Shown here in pieces: positions 63,739 to 64,000 of a stretch of DNA of 64,000 nt (the stretch's first letter is position 1; every line of letters begins with the position of its first letter). Origin of the DNA: Octopus sinensis (taxonomy: Eukaryota). The notes beneath the pieces are model-generated. The model did no database searches, was not told the DNA's origin, and saw only the letters and a list, made by a program, of their open reading frames with translations. Location of the stretch: NCBI RefSeq assembly GCF_006345805.1, contig NC_043023.1:20150001-20214000 (forward strand). The letters run 5' to 3'. The position numbers and the translations under genes were made by a program.

Positions 63739-64000
63739 ACATCGTCCACCTACTCCCTCCACAACACTAGTCTCAAAACGTCTTCAAGTGAACGTGACCT
63801 GGGTGTTATTGTCGACAGTGATTTGCGTTGGACAAAACACATCGCTAAAATTGTCAAGAAGGCTGAGGGTGTCTTGGCATCACACACCAAATCCCTTGTG
63901 AGCCGCTCTCCGGCTATCTATCTGCGGCTTTATATAGCTATGGTAAGACCTCACCTGGAATTTGCATCACCGGTCTGGAACCCCTATCTTGCCCAGGACA
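63739..64000 (+). mobile_element. CR1 LINE reverse transcriptase fragment (runs off the window end)
   Basis: ERDLGVIVDSDLRW..H...IVKKA...LYIAMVRPHLEFASPVWNPY; missed by the ORF track because there is no ATG. Confidence 0.85.

Overview
Repeat-rich animal DNA, most consistent with an octopus/cephalopod genome; this is inferred from the tRNA-derived SINE families, the RTE/CR1 LINE remnants and the extreme microsatellite load. Two host genes are supported. One is a single-coding-exon chondroitin sulfate N-acetylgalactosaminyltransferase (CSGALNACT1/2 ortholog, 31074-32849, minus). The other is one RS-domain exon of an SR splicing factor (7178-7279, plus; SRSF3/7-like by inference), preceded by a candidate poison exon with in-frame stops. 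The rest is SINEs, truncated RTE/CR1/R4-like LINEs, mariner remnants, TTAA MITEs, three non-autonomous Helitrons and long (TA)n/(CA)n/(GAT)n/(AAT)n arrays. The main unexplained signal is a set of type I hammerhead ribozyme motifs found by eye in at least eight sequence-distinct repeat families (loci near 21.7, 23.1/26.4/54.5, 24.2, 25.6, 36.9, 38.2, 44.1, 44.75 and 59.6 kb). Several sit at the centre of fold-back palindromes, one has a 358-nt terminally redundant monomer, two share a structure with compensatory base changes, and most lie next to TA microsatellites. This looks like a diverse Penelope-like/retrozyme system. All folds were assigned manually and none is tested for activity. Almost all ORF-track entries are microsatellite or SINE artefacts.
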